Source of the DNA: Candidatus Latescibacterota bacterium
Lineage (GTDB): Bacteria; Latescibacterota; UBA2968; UBA8231
Reading direction: 5' to 3'
Assembly: GCA_965261395.1 (NCBI GenBank)
Contig: OZ253462.1
Location: forward strand, 1,856,001 to 1,920,000
Length of the DNA: 64,000 bases
Shown here: positions 49,418 through 58,186 of the stretch, piece after piece
Layout of the letters: every line of letters starts with the position of its first letter
Numbering within the stretch: the stretch's first letter is position 1
The notes under the pieces: generated by a model
Databases searched by the model: none
The model's input: only the letters and a program-made list of their open reading frames with translations
What the model was told of the DNA's origin: nothing
Program-made: the position numbers and the translations under genes

Positions 49418-50188
49418 TCAGCCCTCGCGCCGCTGCTCAGCTATGGCTTGGGCGGCCTGCGAGAGCACGGTCAGCCGGCCCCCATAGGTCTTTTGCAGGT
49501 TGCCGTCGGTAAAGACCTCGCGGGTTGGGCCGGACGCCACGACCCGCATATTGAGCATGATGACCCAATCGAAATATTCGGTTACGGTCTGCAAGTCGTG
49601 GTGTACGACCAAGATGGTTTTTCCCTGCTCGCGCAGGGTGACCAAGCTGGCGATGATCGCGCGCTCGGTCGCCGCATCCACGCCGGCAAGAGGCTCGTCC
49701 ATGATGTAGATGCGGGCCTCTTGGGCTAAGGCGCGGGCGAGAAAGACCCGCTGCTGTTGGCCGCCCGATAGCTGGCTTATTTGCCGCTCGGCAAAGGGGG
49801 CCATGTCCACCTCGTCGAGGGCCGCCCAAGCCAAGCGGCGATCTTCCTTGCTCGGCCGCCGCATCCATCCCACGTGGCCGTAGCGGCCCATCAGCACCAC
49901 GTCGAGCGCGTTGATCGGGAAATCCCAATCCACGGACTCGCGCTGCGGCACATAGCCGATGATCTTGCGCATCTGGCTGTAGTCCTCGCCATAGATCTTG
50001 ACCCACCCCGACGCCTTGGGCACGAGGTCCATAACGGCCTTGATCATGGTGCTTTTGCCCGAGCCGTTGGGACCGATGATGCCCACGAGCTGCCCTTCGG
50101 GCACATCGAGATCGACGTCCCACAGCACCGGCTTCTTGTGGTAGGCAATGGTCATGTCGTGGATCTGGATGGGATGGGGAACGCTCAT
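49418..50188 (-). CDS. mntB: Mn/Zn ABC transporter ATP-binding protein
   Basis: GPNGSGKST, YVPQRESVDWDFP, LSGGQQQR, VVHHDL. Confidence 0.9.
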   Translation of the reverse strand: MSVPHPIQIHDMTIAYHKKPVLWDVDLDVPEGQLVGIIGPNGSGKSTMIKAVMDLVPKASGWVKIYGEDYSQMRKIIGYVPQRESVDWDFPINALDVVLMGRYGHVGWMRRPSKEDRRLAWAALDEVDMAPFAERQISQLSGGQQQRVFLARALAQEARIYIMDEPLAGVDAATERAIIASLVTLREQGKTILVVHHDLQTVTEYFDWVIMLNMRVVASGPTREVFTDGNLQKTYGGRLTVLSQAAQAIAEQRREG

Positions 50189-51081
50189 TGCAAGGCTCCC
50201 ACCATGGTGTTGACGTTGCTTTCGACCATGCCCACATAGGTGTCGGCACCGCTGCCGGCGGCCCCCATCGCATCCGAGTATAGGGTGCCACCTATTTTCA
50301 CTTGGAAGCCGCGGCCCAAGCACCCTTCGCGCACGGCCTCAATCGAGCGCACGGGTACGCTGCTCTCGACGAATATGGCCTTGACCTCGCGCTCCACGAT
50401 TAGATCGACTAGCCGGGTGACGTCGTTGACCCCGTAATCGGCCACCGTGGAAATGCCTTGCAGGCCGATGACCTCCACTCCGTAGGCCCGGCCAAAATAG
50501 CCAAAGGCATCGTGGGCCGTAATCAGCACGCGGCTAGCCTCCGGCAGCATCTCGACCTGCTCGACGACCCATTGGTGCAGCGAGTCGAGGCGCGCTCGGT
50601 AGCGGGTGCCGTTCTGGCGATAGACCGACGCCCCGTCTGGGTCCAGTGCGCTCAGGCGAGCCACGACCGGCTCGATCGTCTGCGCCCACAGCGATACGTC
50701 GAACCATATATGGGGATCGAAGTTGCCCTCGAATTCCGGAGGACGCAGCAAGCGCTCCTCTGGTATTTTCTTGGCAACGGCCAACACCTGTTTGCTGCGG
50801 GCCATTTTGGCGAAGATGTTTTCCATCTTGCCTTCGAGAAAAAGGCCGTTGAAGAGAATCAAATCTGCACCCGTCAGCTTGGCCAAATCGCCTTGCGATG
50901 CCTTGTAGTAATGAGGATCGACGCCCGGACCCATCATCCCGACCACCGCGATGCGGTCGCCGCCGATATTGCGGGCGAGGTCGGCCACCATTCCGGTAGT
51001 ACACACCACCTCAATCCGCCCGTCTCCGCGCTCGGGAGCATCGCAACCCAACGCGCACAACAAAATAAAAATCCAGAACAT
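50185..51081 (-). CDS. mntA: Mn/Zn ABC transporter substrate-binding lipoprotein (TroA type)
   Basis: Lipobox ALGC, GVDPHYY, DPHIWFD, TAHDAF, LYSDAMG. Confidence 0.9.
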   Translation of the reverse strand: MFWIFILLCALGCDAPERGDGRIEVVCTTGMVADLARNIGGDRIAVVGMMGPGVDPHYYKASQGDLAKLTGADLILFNGLFLEGKMENIFAKMARSKQVLAVAKKIPEERLLRPPEFEGNFDPHIWFDVSLWAQTIEPVVARLSALDPDGASVYRQNGTRYRARLDSLHQWVVEQVEMLPEASRVLITAHDAFGYFGRAYGVEVIGLQGISTVADYGVNDVTRLVDLIVEREVKAIFVESSVPVRSIEAVREGCLGRGFQVKIGGTLYSDAMGAAGSGADTYVGMVESNVNTMVGALQ

Positions 51082-51120
51082 GGTCCCTTGCTTATCCAAT
51101 TTTAGTTGCATACAAAAATA

Positions 51121-51149
51121 AAATTTAGTCATGGCTAAAAATTTGTCAA
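51121..51149 (-). promoter_or_regulatory. Promoter of the metal ABC operon overlapped by a DtxR/MntR-type operator
   Basis: Minus-strand TTGACA (51149-51144) and TAAATT -10; palindrome TTTAGTCATGGCTAAA (51124-51139, one mismatched pair) between them; divergent DtxR-family gene adjacent. Confidence 0.7.
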
Positions 51150-51207
51150 GGTCATTGATAAATCTGTTTTTGGCCCTATCTTAAGAACGAGGCAAGGCAC
51201 GTAACCT

Positions 51208-51888
51208 GTGGAGGTAAGGGGATTGCTTACTCAGGCTATTGAGGACTATCTCAAGACGATCTACAAACTGCAGCACAGCGACGAGCCCGGTGGGCGCGTC
51301 ACCACCTCGGTGATTGCCAGCCGCATGGAAGTGGCCGCGGCCTCGGCGACCAACATGATCAAGAAACTCGCCGAGATGAATTTGCTCATGTACACGCCAT
51401 ACCGAGGGGTCGAGCTAACGGCTAGCGGCGAGAAGATCGCCTTGGAGACCATCCGCCACCACCGCTTGATCGAGCTGTATCTCAGCCAAGCGTTGGGTTA
51501 TTCTTGGGACCAAATAGACGCCGAGGCCGACCGCCTAGAGCACGCTATTTCCGAGGAGTTTGAGGATCGCATCGACGAGGCTTTGGGCTATCCGACCGTC
51601 GGCGCTCACGGCGAGCCGATCCCCACCAAGCAAGGCCAGATCGAGCACCCGAAGTACCGCCGTCTCTCCGAGCTACAAGACGGCCAATCCGCAGTCATCC
51701 GCCGAGTCAGCGACCGCAACCCCCAGATGCTGCGCTATATGGAAAATTTGCACTTGCTCTTGGGCACCCGAATCGAAGTCACCGCTAGGGCACCCTTTAA
51801 CGGCCCGCTGCAATTGAAGATCGATGCTGCCAAGGAGGTGTCGCTGGGGCTGGAAGTGGCTGGTAGTATTTTCGTCGAAGCCGACTAA
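51208..51888 (+). CDS. mntR: DtxR/MntR family metal-dependent repressor with FeoA domain
   Basis: EDYLKTIY, SATNMIKKL, RHHRLIE, EADRLEH, HGEPIP, C-terminal APFNGP. Confidence 0.9.
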   Translation: MEVRGLLTQAIEDYLKTIYKLQHSDEPGGRVTTSVIASRMEVAAASATNMIKKLAEMNLLMYTPYRGVELTASGEKIALETIRHHRLIELYLSQALGYSWDQIDAEADRLEHAISEEFEDRIDEALGYPTVGAHGEPIPTKQGQIEHPKYRRLSELQDGQSAVIRRVSDRNPQMLRYMENLHLLLGTRIEVTARAPFNGPLQLKIDAAKEVSLGLEVAGSIFVEAD

Positions 51889-52538
51889 GAGCCTTCTTCC
51901 TGACCCCCGGTGTGCCCATTGGAAGACGAGAGGCGATGGAGCTTGCTTTCCGCCTCCAGCAGGGGGATCATTTGATCAAAGTACGCGCAGAGCGCGTGTA
52001 GGCGGCCATTTTCGGTCGTCATTTCTAGCAGTCGTTGCCTAATCCCCAAGTCGAGGCCCGTCACTTGGGCGATTTGAAAGGCGCTTTGCAGCGGCCCTAC
52101 TTCGGCCCGCGCGCCGGTCACTTCTTCGAGTTGCCCCACCAATTTCTCTAAGGCTGCAACGGCCTTGGCCAAGAGCACTGGATCTGTCGGCTCCTCGGCG
52201 TCATCTACGTACTCTACCCACGCCTCTAAGTAGGGCTTGCCCTCGGCGATGCGAGCAATGCGAAAGCGTCGCGCGCCGCGGACGATGATGTTGAGTCGGC
52301 CATCGTCGAACTCGTCGAGCACTTTGGCCAACAGCATCGCGCAGCCCACCTCGCCCTGCACCTCGCGGTCTTCCCCCAGAATCATGCCAATGGGCAGGTC
52401 CTCGCCGCGCTCGTCAGCCGCCCGCACATCGGCGAGCAGCTGCTTGTAGCGCGGCTCAAATATGTGCAGGGGCACGATTTGGCCGGGGAAGACGACCACC
52501 GGCAAGGGAAAGAGTGGGATCGGATTGCGATCTAGCAT
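51885..52538 (-). CDS. LON peptidase substrate-binding domain protein
   Basis: IPLFPLPVVVFPG..PLHIFEPRY, G.RRFRI; true start at ATG 52538 (track extension is spurious). Confidence 0.9.
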   Translation of the reverse strand: MLDRNPIPLFPLPVVVFPGQIVPLHIFEPRYKQLLADVRAADERGEDLPIGMILGEDREVQGEVGCAMLLAKVLDEFDDGRLNIIVRGARRFRIARIAEGKPYLEAWVEYVDDAEEPTDPVLLAKAVAALEKLVGQLEEVTGARAEVGPLQSAFQIAQVTGLDLGIRQRLLEMTTENGRLHALCAYFDQMIPLLEAESKLHRLSSSNGHTGGQEEGS

Positions 52539-52592
52539 GGACGCGTCGTGTTGGGTTGGTTGGTAAGAGCAAATTAAACCGCCGATACCGGA

Positions 52593-53608
52593 GTGGGCAA
52601 GCGGCTCGTCGGCAGGAGCAGCCTTGCTCCTGCTAGGCTTCGATCTGCTGCGACGCTGGTCGCGGCCGGTTTGCACCAAGCGTGGTTCAAATACATCGGC
52701 TCGGGAAAGAATATCCGCACCGCCGATCTCCCCGTTGCCTTGAACAAGAAGTCGGCCCACTGCTTCCTCGCGGCCCCCGACGACCTCTCCATAGCCCATG
52801 CCTTGCGCTGGGGTCAAGTCTTGGGGCAAGGCGGCAGTCCGGCGTTGGCGCGGGCGGTGATTGGCACCCGGCTGGGCCAGTCGTTTGAAAACGAGGATTT
52901 TTGGTCCACCGCGATCCTGTTTTTTGTCAATAATCCCATGCTCGACCCGGCCCACGTCGGTCCCATCGTCGATTTTATTTACGATCAGAAATACGTGCCG
53001 CAGCAAATCGTCCTGCCCGGTGGTGGCGTCGAGCAGAGGCCGCCGGCGCAGCCGAACTTCTCGATGAAGAGTCGCAGCATCCCCAAGCTGTTGCGCCAAG
53101 TTGACGAGTGGCACGAAGCGCTGGCTCGGCAGGTGCTGCCACCCGATGCAGACGCCGAGCCAGACAGAGCTGGTGGCAAAAAGAGCCGCGTCCGGCCTAT
53201 GTCTTGGGGAGCTTCGAGTATCGGCGAATTCGAGCAGAAGCAGGAGGACAAGCCACTCGGCGAGACCCTCACCTGGAGCATCAAGGAGCTGCTCCCAACC
53301 ACGAACTGGGGGCCGAGGGCCGCGAAATGGGCCACTGCGTCTATACCTACGCCAAGAGCTGCCGCAACGGCAGTACCTCGATCTGGTCCCTCGGCGTAGA
53401 AGACGGCAAAGGCCACCGCCACCGCATCCTCACCATCGCCGTCGATCCACGCAGCCGCGCCATCACCCAAATCCGCGGCCGCTACAATGTCCTGCCCAGC
53501 GCCAAAAACAAAAAGAACTTAGAGCGCGCCTACCAGAAGATGCTGCTCCGCTCGCAGAACGTGCTCGGGCAGTGGATGAGCCGCGAATTCATCAGCAAGC
53601 GCTGCTGA
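52593..53608 (+). pseudogene. PcfJ-like domain protein, frameshifted near 53295 and probably 5'-truncated
   Basis: WFKYIGSGKNIRTADLP..ALRWGQV..NFSMKSRS..VDEWH; continues in another frame as ELGAEGREMGHCVYTY...LTIAVD...QIRGRYN. Confidence 0.65.
52612..52633. repeat. Short hairpin GCAGGAGCA-GCCT-TGCTCCTGC (REP-like)
   Basis: 9-bp perfect stem. Confidence 0.4.
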
Positions 53609-53665
53609 TTTTCTCTCGCAGTACGGCCAATACCTCGGCGACCTCCTGACAATCCGTGGGAAGAC

Positions 53666-53694
53666 TTGTAGAGTGAACGGTATTACCGTACACT
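53666..53694 (+). promoter_or_regulatory. higBA promoter with overlapping palindromic operator
   Basis: TTGTAG-17 bp-TACACT; palindrome GTGaACGGTA-t-TACCGTaCAC at 53673-53693. Confidence 0.6.
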
Positions 53695-53723
53695 TAGAGC
53701 ATGATTATTTAGAGCATGATTAT
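53694..53723 (+). repeat. Exact 15-bp tandem duplication TTAGAGCATGATTAT covering the higB start
   Basis: Two identical adjacent copies. Confidence 0.9.
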
Positions 53724-54006
53724 TCGCTCTGTCCACCACCGAGGATTGCGCCGGTTGATCGAAGACGACAATCCCCGGTTCCTGCAACACAACTTGGTTG
53801 ACCGAGTGCGCAAGATCTTGACGGCACTGATTTTGGCAGAGGAATTGGACAGATTCATTGCCGATGCGCCTCGTGGCTGGCGCGTCCATCGGCTCTCAGG
53901 TGACCGGCAGGACGAATGGAGCATTTCGGTATCCGGCAATTGGCGGATCACCTTTGCAGAAGAGGACGGCTATATCGACCGCTTGAACTTGGAGGACTAC
54001 CACTAA
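53716..54006 (+). CDS. higB: HigB (RelE/ParE-family) toxin
   Basis: MIIRSVHHRGLRRL, HRLSGDR..WSISVSGNWRITF..LEDYH. Confidence 0.92.
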   Translation: MIIRSVHHRGLRRLIEDDNPRFLQHNLVDRVRKILTALILAEELDRFIADAPRGWRVHRLSGDRQDEWSISVSGNWRITFAEEDGYIDRLNLEDYH

Positions 54007-54311
54007 TGGCTACCGACGGCATCAAAGTGAACATGACCCCTTCGCATCCGGGCGACTTCATTCGCACAGAAATCATCGAGGAGTTGGGCCTAAACGTGAC
54101 GAGAGCAGCCGAAATTCTAGGAGTTCGGCGGGCAACGCTTTCGGACTTGCTGAACGGCAACGCCGCGCTATCGCCGGAGATGGCACTGCGCATCGAAAAA
54201 GCATTCGGCGTGGGCATGGACATGTTGCTGCGGATGCAGGCTTGGTATGACGCCTCGCAGATGCGCGCCCGTGCAAATGAGATCAGCGTCCAGCGTTATG
54301 AGCCTGTCTGA
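54006..54311 (+). CDS. higA: HigA antitoxin (HTH)
   Basis: HPGDFIR, AAEILGVRRATLSDLLNG..SPEMALRIEKAFG..MQAWYD. Confidence 0.93.
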   Translation: MATDGIKVNMTPSHPGDFIRTEIIEELGLNVTRAAEILGVRRATLSDLLNGNAALSPEMALRIEKAFGVGMDMLLRMQAWYDASQMRARANEISVQRYEPV

Positions 54312-54356
54312 GCTAGGTAACTGACAACAAAATCTATACTGAAAAGGAGTAATCGG

Positions 54357-54866
54357 ATGCCGTATCGTAACAAAGTGTTCATCTCGTTCGATGGGGACAA
54401 TGATATTCATTATTACCGACTGATGTGTGCATGGAAACAGAATGATCGCACAGACTTCAACTTTTTCGACGCGCATGACATCAACACCGCAAGGGACACC
54501 AGCACCGAAGAAACAATCAAGAGGCGACTCAGTGAACGTCTTGCGAATGCGTATGTTGTAGTTTCCCTGATAGGTGAGCACACACGGTATCACTATAAAT
54601 TCGTCCGATGGGAACTAGAGCAGGCGATCACACGTAATTTGCCGATAGTTGGCGTCAACCTTAACGGACGGCGATCCCAAGACACTATGCTTTGTCCACC
54701 CATTATTCGTGATAAGTTGGCAATTCACATTAGTTTCAATGCAGCGATTCTCCAATACGCTCTCGAGGACTGGCCCACCAAACACACAAATTACAAAAGA
54801 AACAACAAAATAGGACCGTACTATTATTCGCAAGAAGTCTACACACGTCTGGGACTACCACCATGA
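54357..54866 (+). CDS. thsB: TIR-domain protein (Thoeris ThsB-like)
   Basis: KVFISFDGDND, FFDAHD, IKRRLSERL, FVRWELEQAI (catalytic Glu), PIVGVNL; low GC. Confidence 0.85.
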   Translation: MPYRNKVFISFDGDNDIHYYRLMCAWKQNDRTDFNFFDAHDINTARDTSTEETIKRRLSERLANAYVVVSLIGEHTRYHYKFVRWELEQAITRNLPIVGVNLNGRRSQDTMLCPPIIRDKLAIHISFNAAILQYALEDWPTKHTNYKRNNKIGPYYYSQEVYTRLGLPP

Positions 54867-55807
54867 ACCTTATTAAGAGATATGTAACTAAGGGCCACAT
54901 ATCCATAGCTCTATTCCGTCATCTCTCGCGTCTTGCCCTTATCAGATCTCTCCTTGAAGCGTTCGGAGTTTTGTGGCTCATTGTTGAGTCTTCATCATTT
55001 TTCTTTTTATCGTTTGGAGATCTTGTTAAGTCCTACTGGTGGTTATTCCTGCTTGGTGGCGCTGCCCTCGGCGTGTATCGCGCTCTGCCGAAATCCACAG
55101 CATCCTCACGCATTCAGGGCACAGACTCGTTCATTGAGCTGCGTATCACTGATATGTTCAGTGTGCCGGCAGCATTTATAATACCCTGTAATCGAACATT
55201 CGATACGAGTCTCGAGGATCGTATTATTTCCCCAAAAAGTACTCAAGGGCAATTTACACAGCTCTTCTTTGCTAACTCTCGGGATGAATTGGATAAAAAG
55301 ATATGTATGAGCATCGATAGTACCGAAGGGACTACGCTCGACAGAAACAACAAACCATATGGGAAGCAAATCGAATTCCCGATAGGCACTGTCGCGGAAG
55401 TCTCGTCCGGTGAAAAAATCGCTTATCTTGTCGCCATTAGCTCCCTCAACGAGCACAAGAAAGCAATCGCGTCGACAGAGGATATCCTTGATGCTCTACC
55501 CGCGATATGGGAATTTATCCGCACAAGGGGCGAGTTCGTACCCCTCTGCTGTCCAATCCTTGGTTCCAAGTTTAGTCGCGTAAAAGCGACCCGGGAAGAT
55601 TTAACTCGTGAAATCATTAAATCGTTCGTCTCCGCTTGTCGTGCAGGTCACTTCTGCGAGAAACTAACGATTGCAATCGCTCCATCAGACTTTATGACTG
55701 GCAAAATCAACCTTGAAACACTCCGGCGGTTTTTGGAGCATGAATGCTTGTATCCTGTAGCACTATCTTCAGATTTAGCTAGCGCCCCCACCGGAACTCC
55801 AGCATAG
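54863..55807 (+). CDS. thsA: 2-TM + Macro-domain effector (type II Thoeris ThsA-like)
   Basis: Two N-terminal TMs, then DMF...IPCNRTFDT...ISPKSTQGQF, FPIGTVA, PILGS; ATGA-coupled to the TIR gene. Confidence 0.8.
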   Translation: MNLIKRYVTKGHISIALFRHLSRLALIRSLLEAFGVLWLIVESSSFFFLSFGDLVKSYWWLFLLGGAALGVYRALPKSTASSRIQGTDSFIELRITDMFSVPAAFIIPCNRTFDTSLEDRIISPKSTQGQFTQLFFANSRDELDKKICMSIDSTEGTTLDRNNKPYGKQIEFPIGTVAEVSSGEKIAYLVAISSLNEHKKAIASTEDILDALPAIWEFIRTRGEFVPLCCPILGSKFSRVKATREDLTREIIKSFVSACRAGHFCEKLTIAIAPSDFMTGKINLETLRRFLEHECLYPVALSSDLASAPTGTPA

Positions 55808-55835
55808 AGAAATACACCTAATATCTTGCTCTCGC

Positions 55836-56138
55836 ATGGAAAACACATACTTCGTCCCAGCCGACACCGAGCACGTCGCCCGAGAAAAAAACAAGGCCAA
55901 GGTGCTACGCCGCTCCCAGTGGTGGAAGCGCAAACGGGCCGCCGGCCAATGCCACTACTGCCAGCAGTCGTTTGCGCCCGAAGATCTGACCATGGATCAC
56001 GTGGTGCCACTCATCCGCGGCGGCCGCACCACCAAGTCCAACGTGGTGCCTTGCTGCAAGCACTGCAACAGCCAAAAGCAACACCTGCTTCCCGTCGAAT
56101 GGACGGCCTATTTAGAGCGGCTGCGCGGCGAAGGCTAG
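55836..56138 (+). CDS. Small HNH endonuclease
   Basis: CHYC..LTMDHVVP..GG..SNVVPCCKHCN. Confidence 0.9.
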   Translation: MENTYFVPADTEHVAREKNKAKVLRRSQWWKRKRAAGQCHYCQQSFAPEDLTMDHVVPLIRGGRTTKSNVVPCCKHCNSQKQHLLPVEWTAYLERLRGEG

Positions 56139-57076
56139 TGATAGTCCACAATGTCGGCTATAGCCGCGGCTACTTCCTCGGCCACTTCCGCCGGCACCCG
56201 CGGATTGAACGGGCCGCCCTCGCCGCCATCCACATCGCTGAACCCTCCCAAGTGCATGGCCTCAACCACAGCGGAGTAGTTATACATGCGGCCGTTGCGG
56301 AAGCGAATTTCCTCTAGGGCCGCGAGCTGGTTTTCGATCTGCTGCGACGTGGCAAAATCGCCTCGGCGCTGGGCGTTGTTGATCTCGTCTGAAGCGCGGG
56401 CGAAGGCCACATTGATCCCCGACGTATGCCCTTTAGTGCCGCGCTCAGCCGGCCCAGTCGAACGGTCCCCCACACCCCATATCACCAGCGCAGCTCCCTC
56501 CTGTACGTCGGCGACAATCGGCTCAACGTCCTCGACCGTGGTGCCGATCTTCAGCCCCACGAAGTGCTCTGATTCGTTCATCAGCCGCACGGCTATGTCA
56601 CGCTCGGCTTGGTTGCGCAGGTAGTAGAGCAACTTGGCCCCGCACGAACGCCCCAACCGCTCGGCAAAATCCACGTAGTACGCAAAAATGCCCTCTGGAT
56701 TGGCCACGCCAGTAAGCGGCATAACGAGATAGACACCCGGGGGATATTCGAGCGCGGCCTCCCGCTCGATCAACCGCTCGGCATCCCCAACCGGATTGGG
56801 GGCAATCCCAGACATCAGCACCCCGCGCCCCCCCATCTGCTCGCCGGTAAAGCCCAACAACCGCACTTGCTCGTCCGCGCTAATGTGGTGGATCAAGCTA
56901 GTCCCGGCGATGCCAATCACCCGGGGCCGGTCGCCGTCCAAGTGATTGTTCTCCATTAAGTAGTTGATGTTCTTGGCGTGGGCCTCATAGTCGATTTGCC
57001 CGCCGCGAAAGGGGACCACCGGGATGGAGGTAACCGAGTTTAGCGCGTCGAGTAGGTCTTCTCTTTGCAATGGCAT
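56135..57076 (-). CDS. Divergent DHDPS/NAL-superfamily protein (KDG dehydratase-like)
   Basis: SIPVVPF..IDY, IAGTS, LYYLR, VGLKIG (Schiff-base Lys), GHTSG; GAGG RBS. Confidence 0.7.
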   Translation of the reverse strand: MPLQREDLLDALNSVTSIPVVPFRGGQIDYEAHAKNINYLMENNHLDGDRPRVIGIAGTSLIHHISADEQVRLLGFTGEQMGGRGVLMSGIAPNPVGDAERLIEREAALEYPPGVYLVMPLTGVANPEGIFAYYVDFAERLGRSCGAKLLYYLRNQAERDIAVRLMNESEHFVGLKIGTTVEDVEPIVADVQEGAALVIWGVGDRSTGPAERGTKGHTSGINVAFARASDEINNAQRRGDFATSQQIENQLAALEEIRFRNGRMYNYSAVVEAMHLGGFSDVDGGEGGPFNPRVPAEVAEEVAAAIADIVDYH

Positions 57077-57109
57077 GTTTAACCTCAACTGTGTTAGGTG
57101 GCGATGAAT

Positions 57110-58186
57110 TCAACGCTCGGGTGCGAAGCGGCGCATGTCGCGCCCTGGGGTTCCCTCGGCGATCCAGTGAGCGACGATTTGGCCGGTAATCGGGCCTAAT
57201 AAGACGCCGTTTTTGTAGTGCCCAGAGGCCACGAAAACCCTCGGCGCATCCGTCAGCGGGCCGATGAGCGGACGCCCGCCTCGGGGCTTGGGCCGCAGAC
57301 CAGCCTGCTGGCGCGACAGCGGCAAGCACCTCCCCAGCGCGGAGCGTACCTGCGCGGCGAACTCCGCCGCGGCCGCGCAGGTCGTTTCCAGCCGAAAGCC
57401 GACCTCTTCCAACGTCGATCCCGCGATTGTTTCGCCGCCGTCTGGAATGAGGTAGCGTCCGTTTACCCTCACTAGGTGGCGTAGCGGGGCACCGGCAAAA
57501 CGCGCTTGTTGGCCCCGCACCGGACGCAACGCGACTCGGGCACCGAGCTGCGCGGCCAAACCGGTGGTCCACGCCCCAGCCGCCAAGACCGCAAAGTCGG
57601 CGCGATGGGTTCCGCTAGTGGTGGCGACCTCGACGGTCTCGCCCTCTTGGGCAATGCGCCAGACACGCTCACCCCAAGCGGCAGACGCGCCCCGCTGGGC
57701 GGCAGACGCCCAAAGCGCCGCGCCCAACTTGAGGGGATCCACCCGGTGATCGTCGGCAAAATACAGACCCTCGCAGCCGCCGTCCAACGCTGGCTCCGCA
57801 CCGCGCAAGGCCCGCTCGTCGAGCCGCTCGACCCGACCGCCGCGCGTGCGGTTGAAGCGCCAGACCTCCTCTAGCTGGGATGCGTCGGCAAAAAGCTCGA
57901 TGCCGCCGAGGGGACGCCAGCCCACGTCTGCGTCTATATCTTCTTCTAGATCGCAAGCCAGCCGGGCGTGCAGGGCGTGGCCATCGCGGAAAAGCTGAGC
58001 GTAGGAATTGTCGCCGCCGTTGCAGTGGGTGAGGACGCCCAAAGAGGCCCGGCTCGTGGATGAACCTGCGGCGATCCCCTCGTCGAGCAGGACGACCTTA
58101 GCACCTTGCCGCGCGAGGAAGTAGGCCGTCGAGCGGCCAATGATACCGGCCCCGACGACCAACACGCGCGCGCCCGCAAGGGCCAT
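57110..58186 (-). CDS. FAD-dependent glycine/D-amino acid oxidase (ThiO/DAO family)
   Basis: VVGAGIIG, AAGAW, PVRGQ, AGLRP, GHYKNGVLLGP. Confidence 0.85.
   Translation of the reverse strand: MALAGARVLVVGAGIIGRSTAYFLARQGAKVVLLDEGIAAGSSTSRASLGVLTHCNGGDNSYAQLFRDGHALHARLACDLEEDIDADVGWRPLGGIELFADASQLEEVWRFNRTRGGRVERLDERALRGAEPALDGGCEGLYFADDHRVDPLKLGAALWASAAQRGASAAWGERVWRIAQEGETVEVATTSGTHRADFAVLAAGAWTTGLAAQLGARVALRPVRGQQARFAGAPLRHLVRVNGRYLIPDGGETIAGSTLEEVGFRLETTCAAAAEFAAQVRSALGRCLPLSRQQAGLRPKPRGGRPLIGPLTDAPRVFVASGHYKNGVLLGPITGQIVAHWIAEGTPGRDMRRFAPER

Noticed and set aside
52539-53114. 409-aa version of the LON-domain ORF, and similar long N-terminal extensions of mutY, the second DmpA, hisA, mntD and tonB
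   Set aside because: The extensions overlap other genes and lack homology-like content; downstream starts give canonical N-termini and stop/start coupling.
54357-55807. TIR + TM-Macro pair as a wholly new defence system
   Set aside because: The architecture matches described type II Thoeris; only the loop substitutions are noteworthy.
55836-56138. HNH gene as a third Thoeris component
   Set aside because: It has genome-like GC and resembles a widespread stand-alone small HNH family; more likely the flank of the insertion.
52593-56138. Prophage or integrative element
   Set aside because: No integrase, structural genes or att-like direct repeats were seen.
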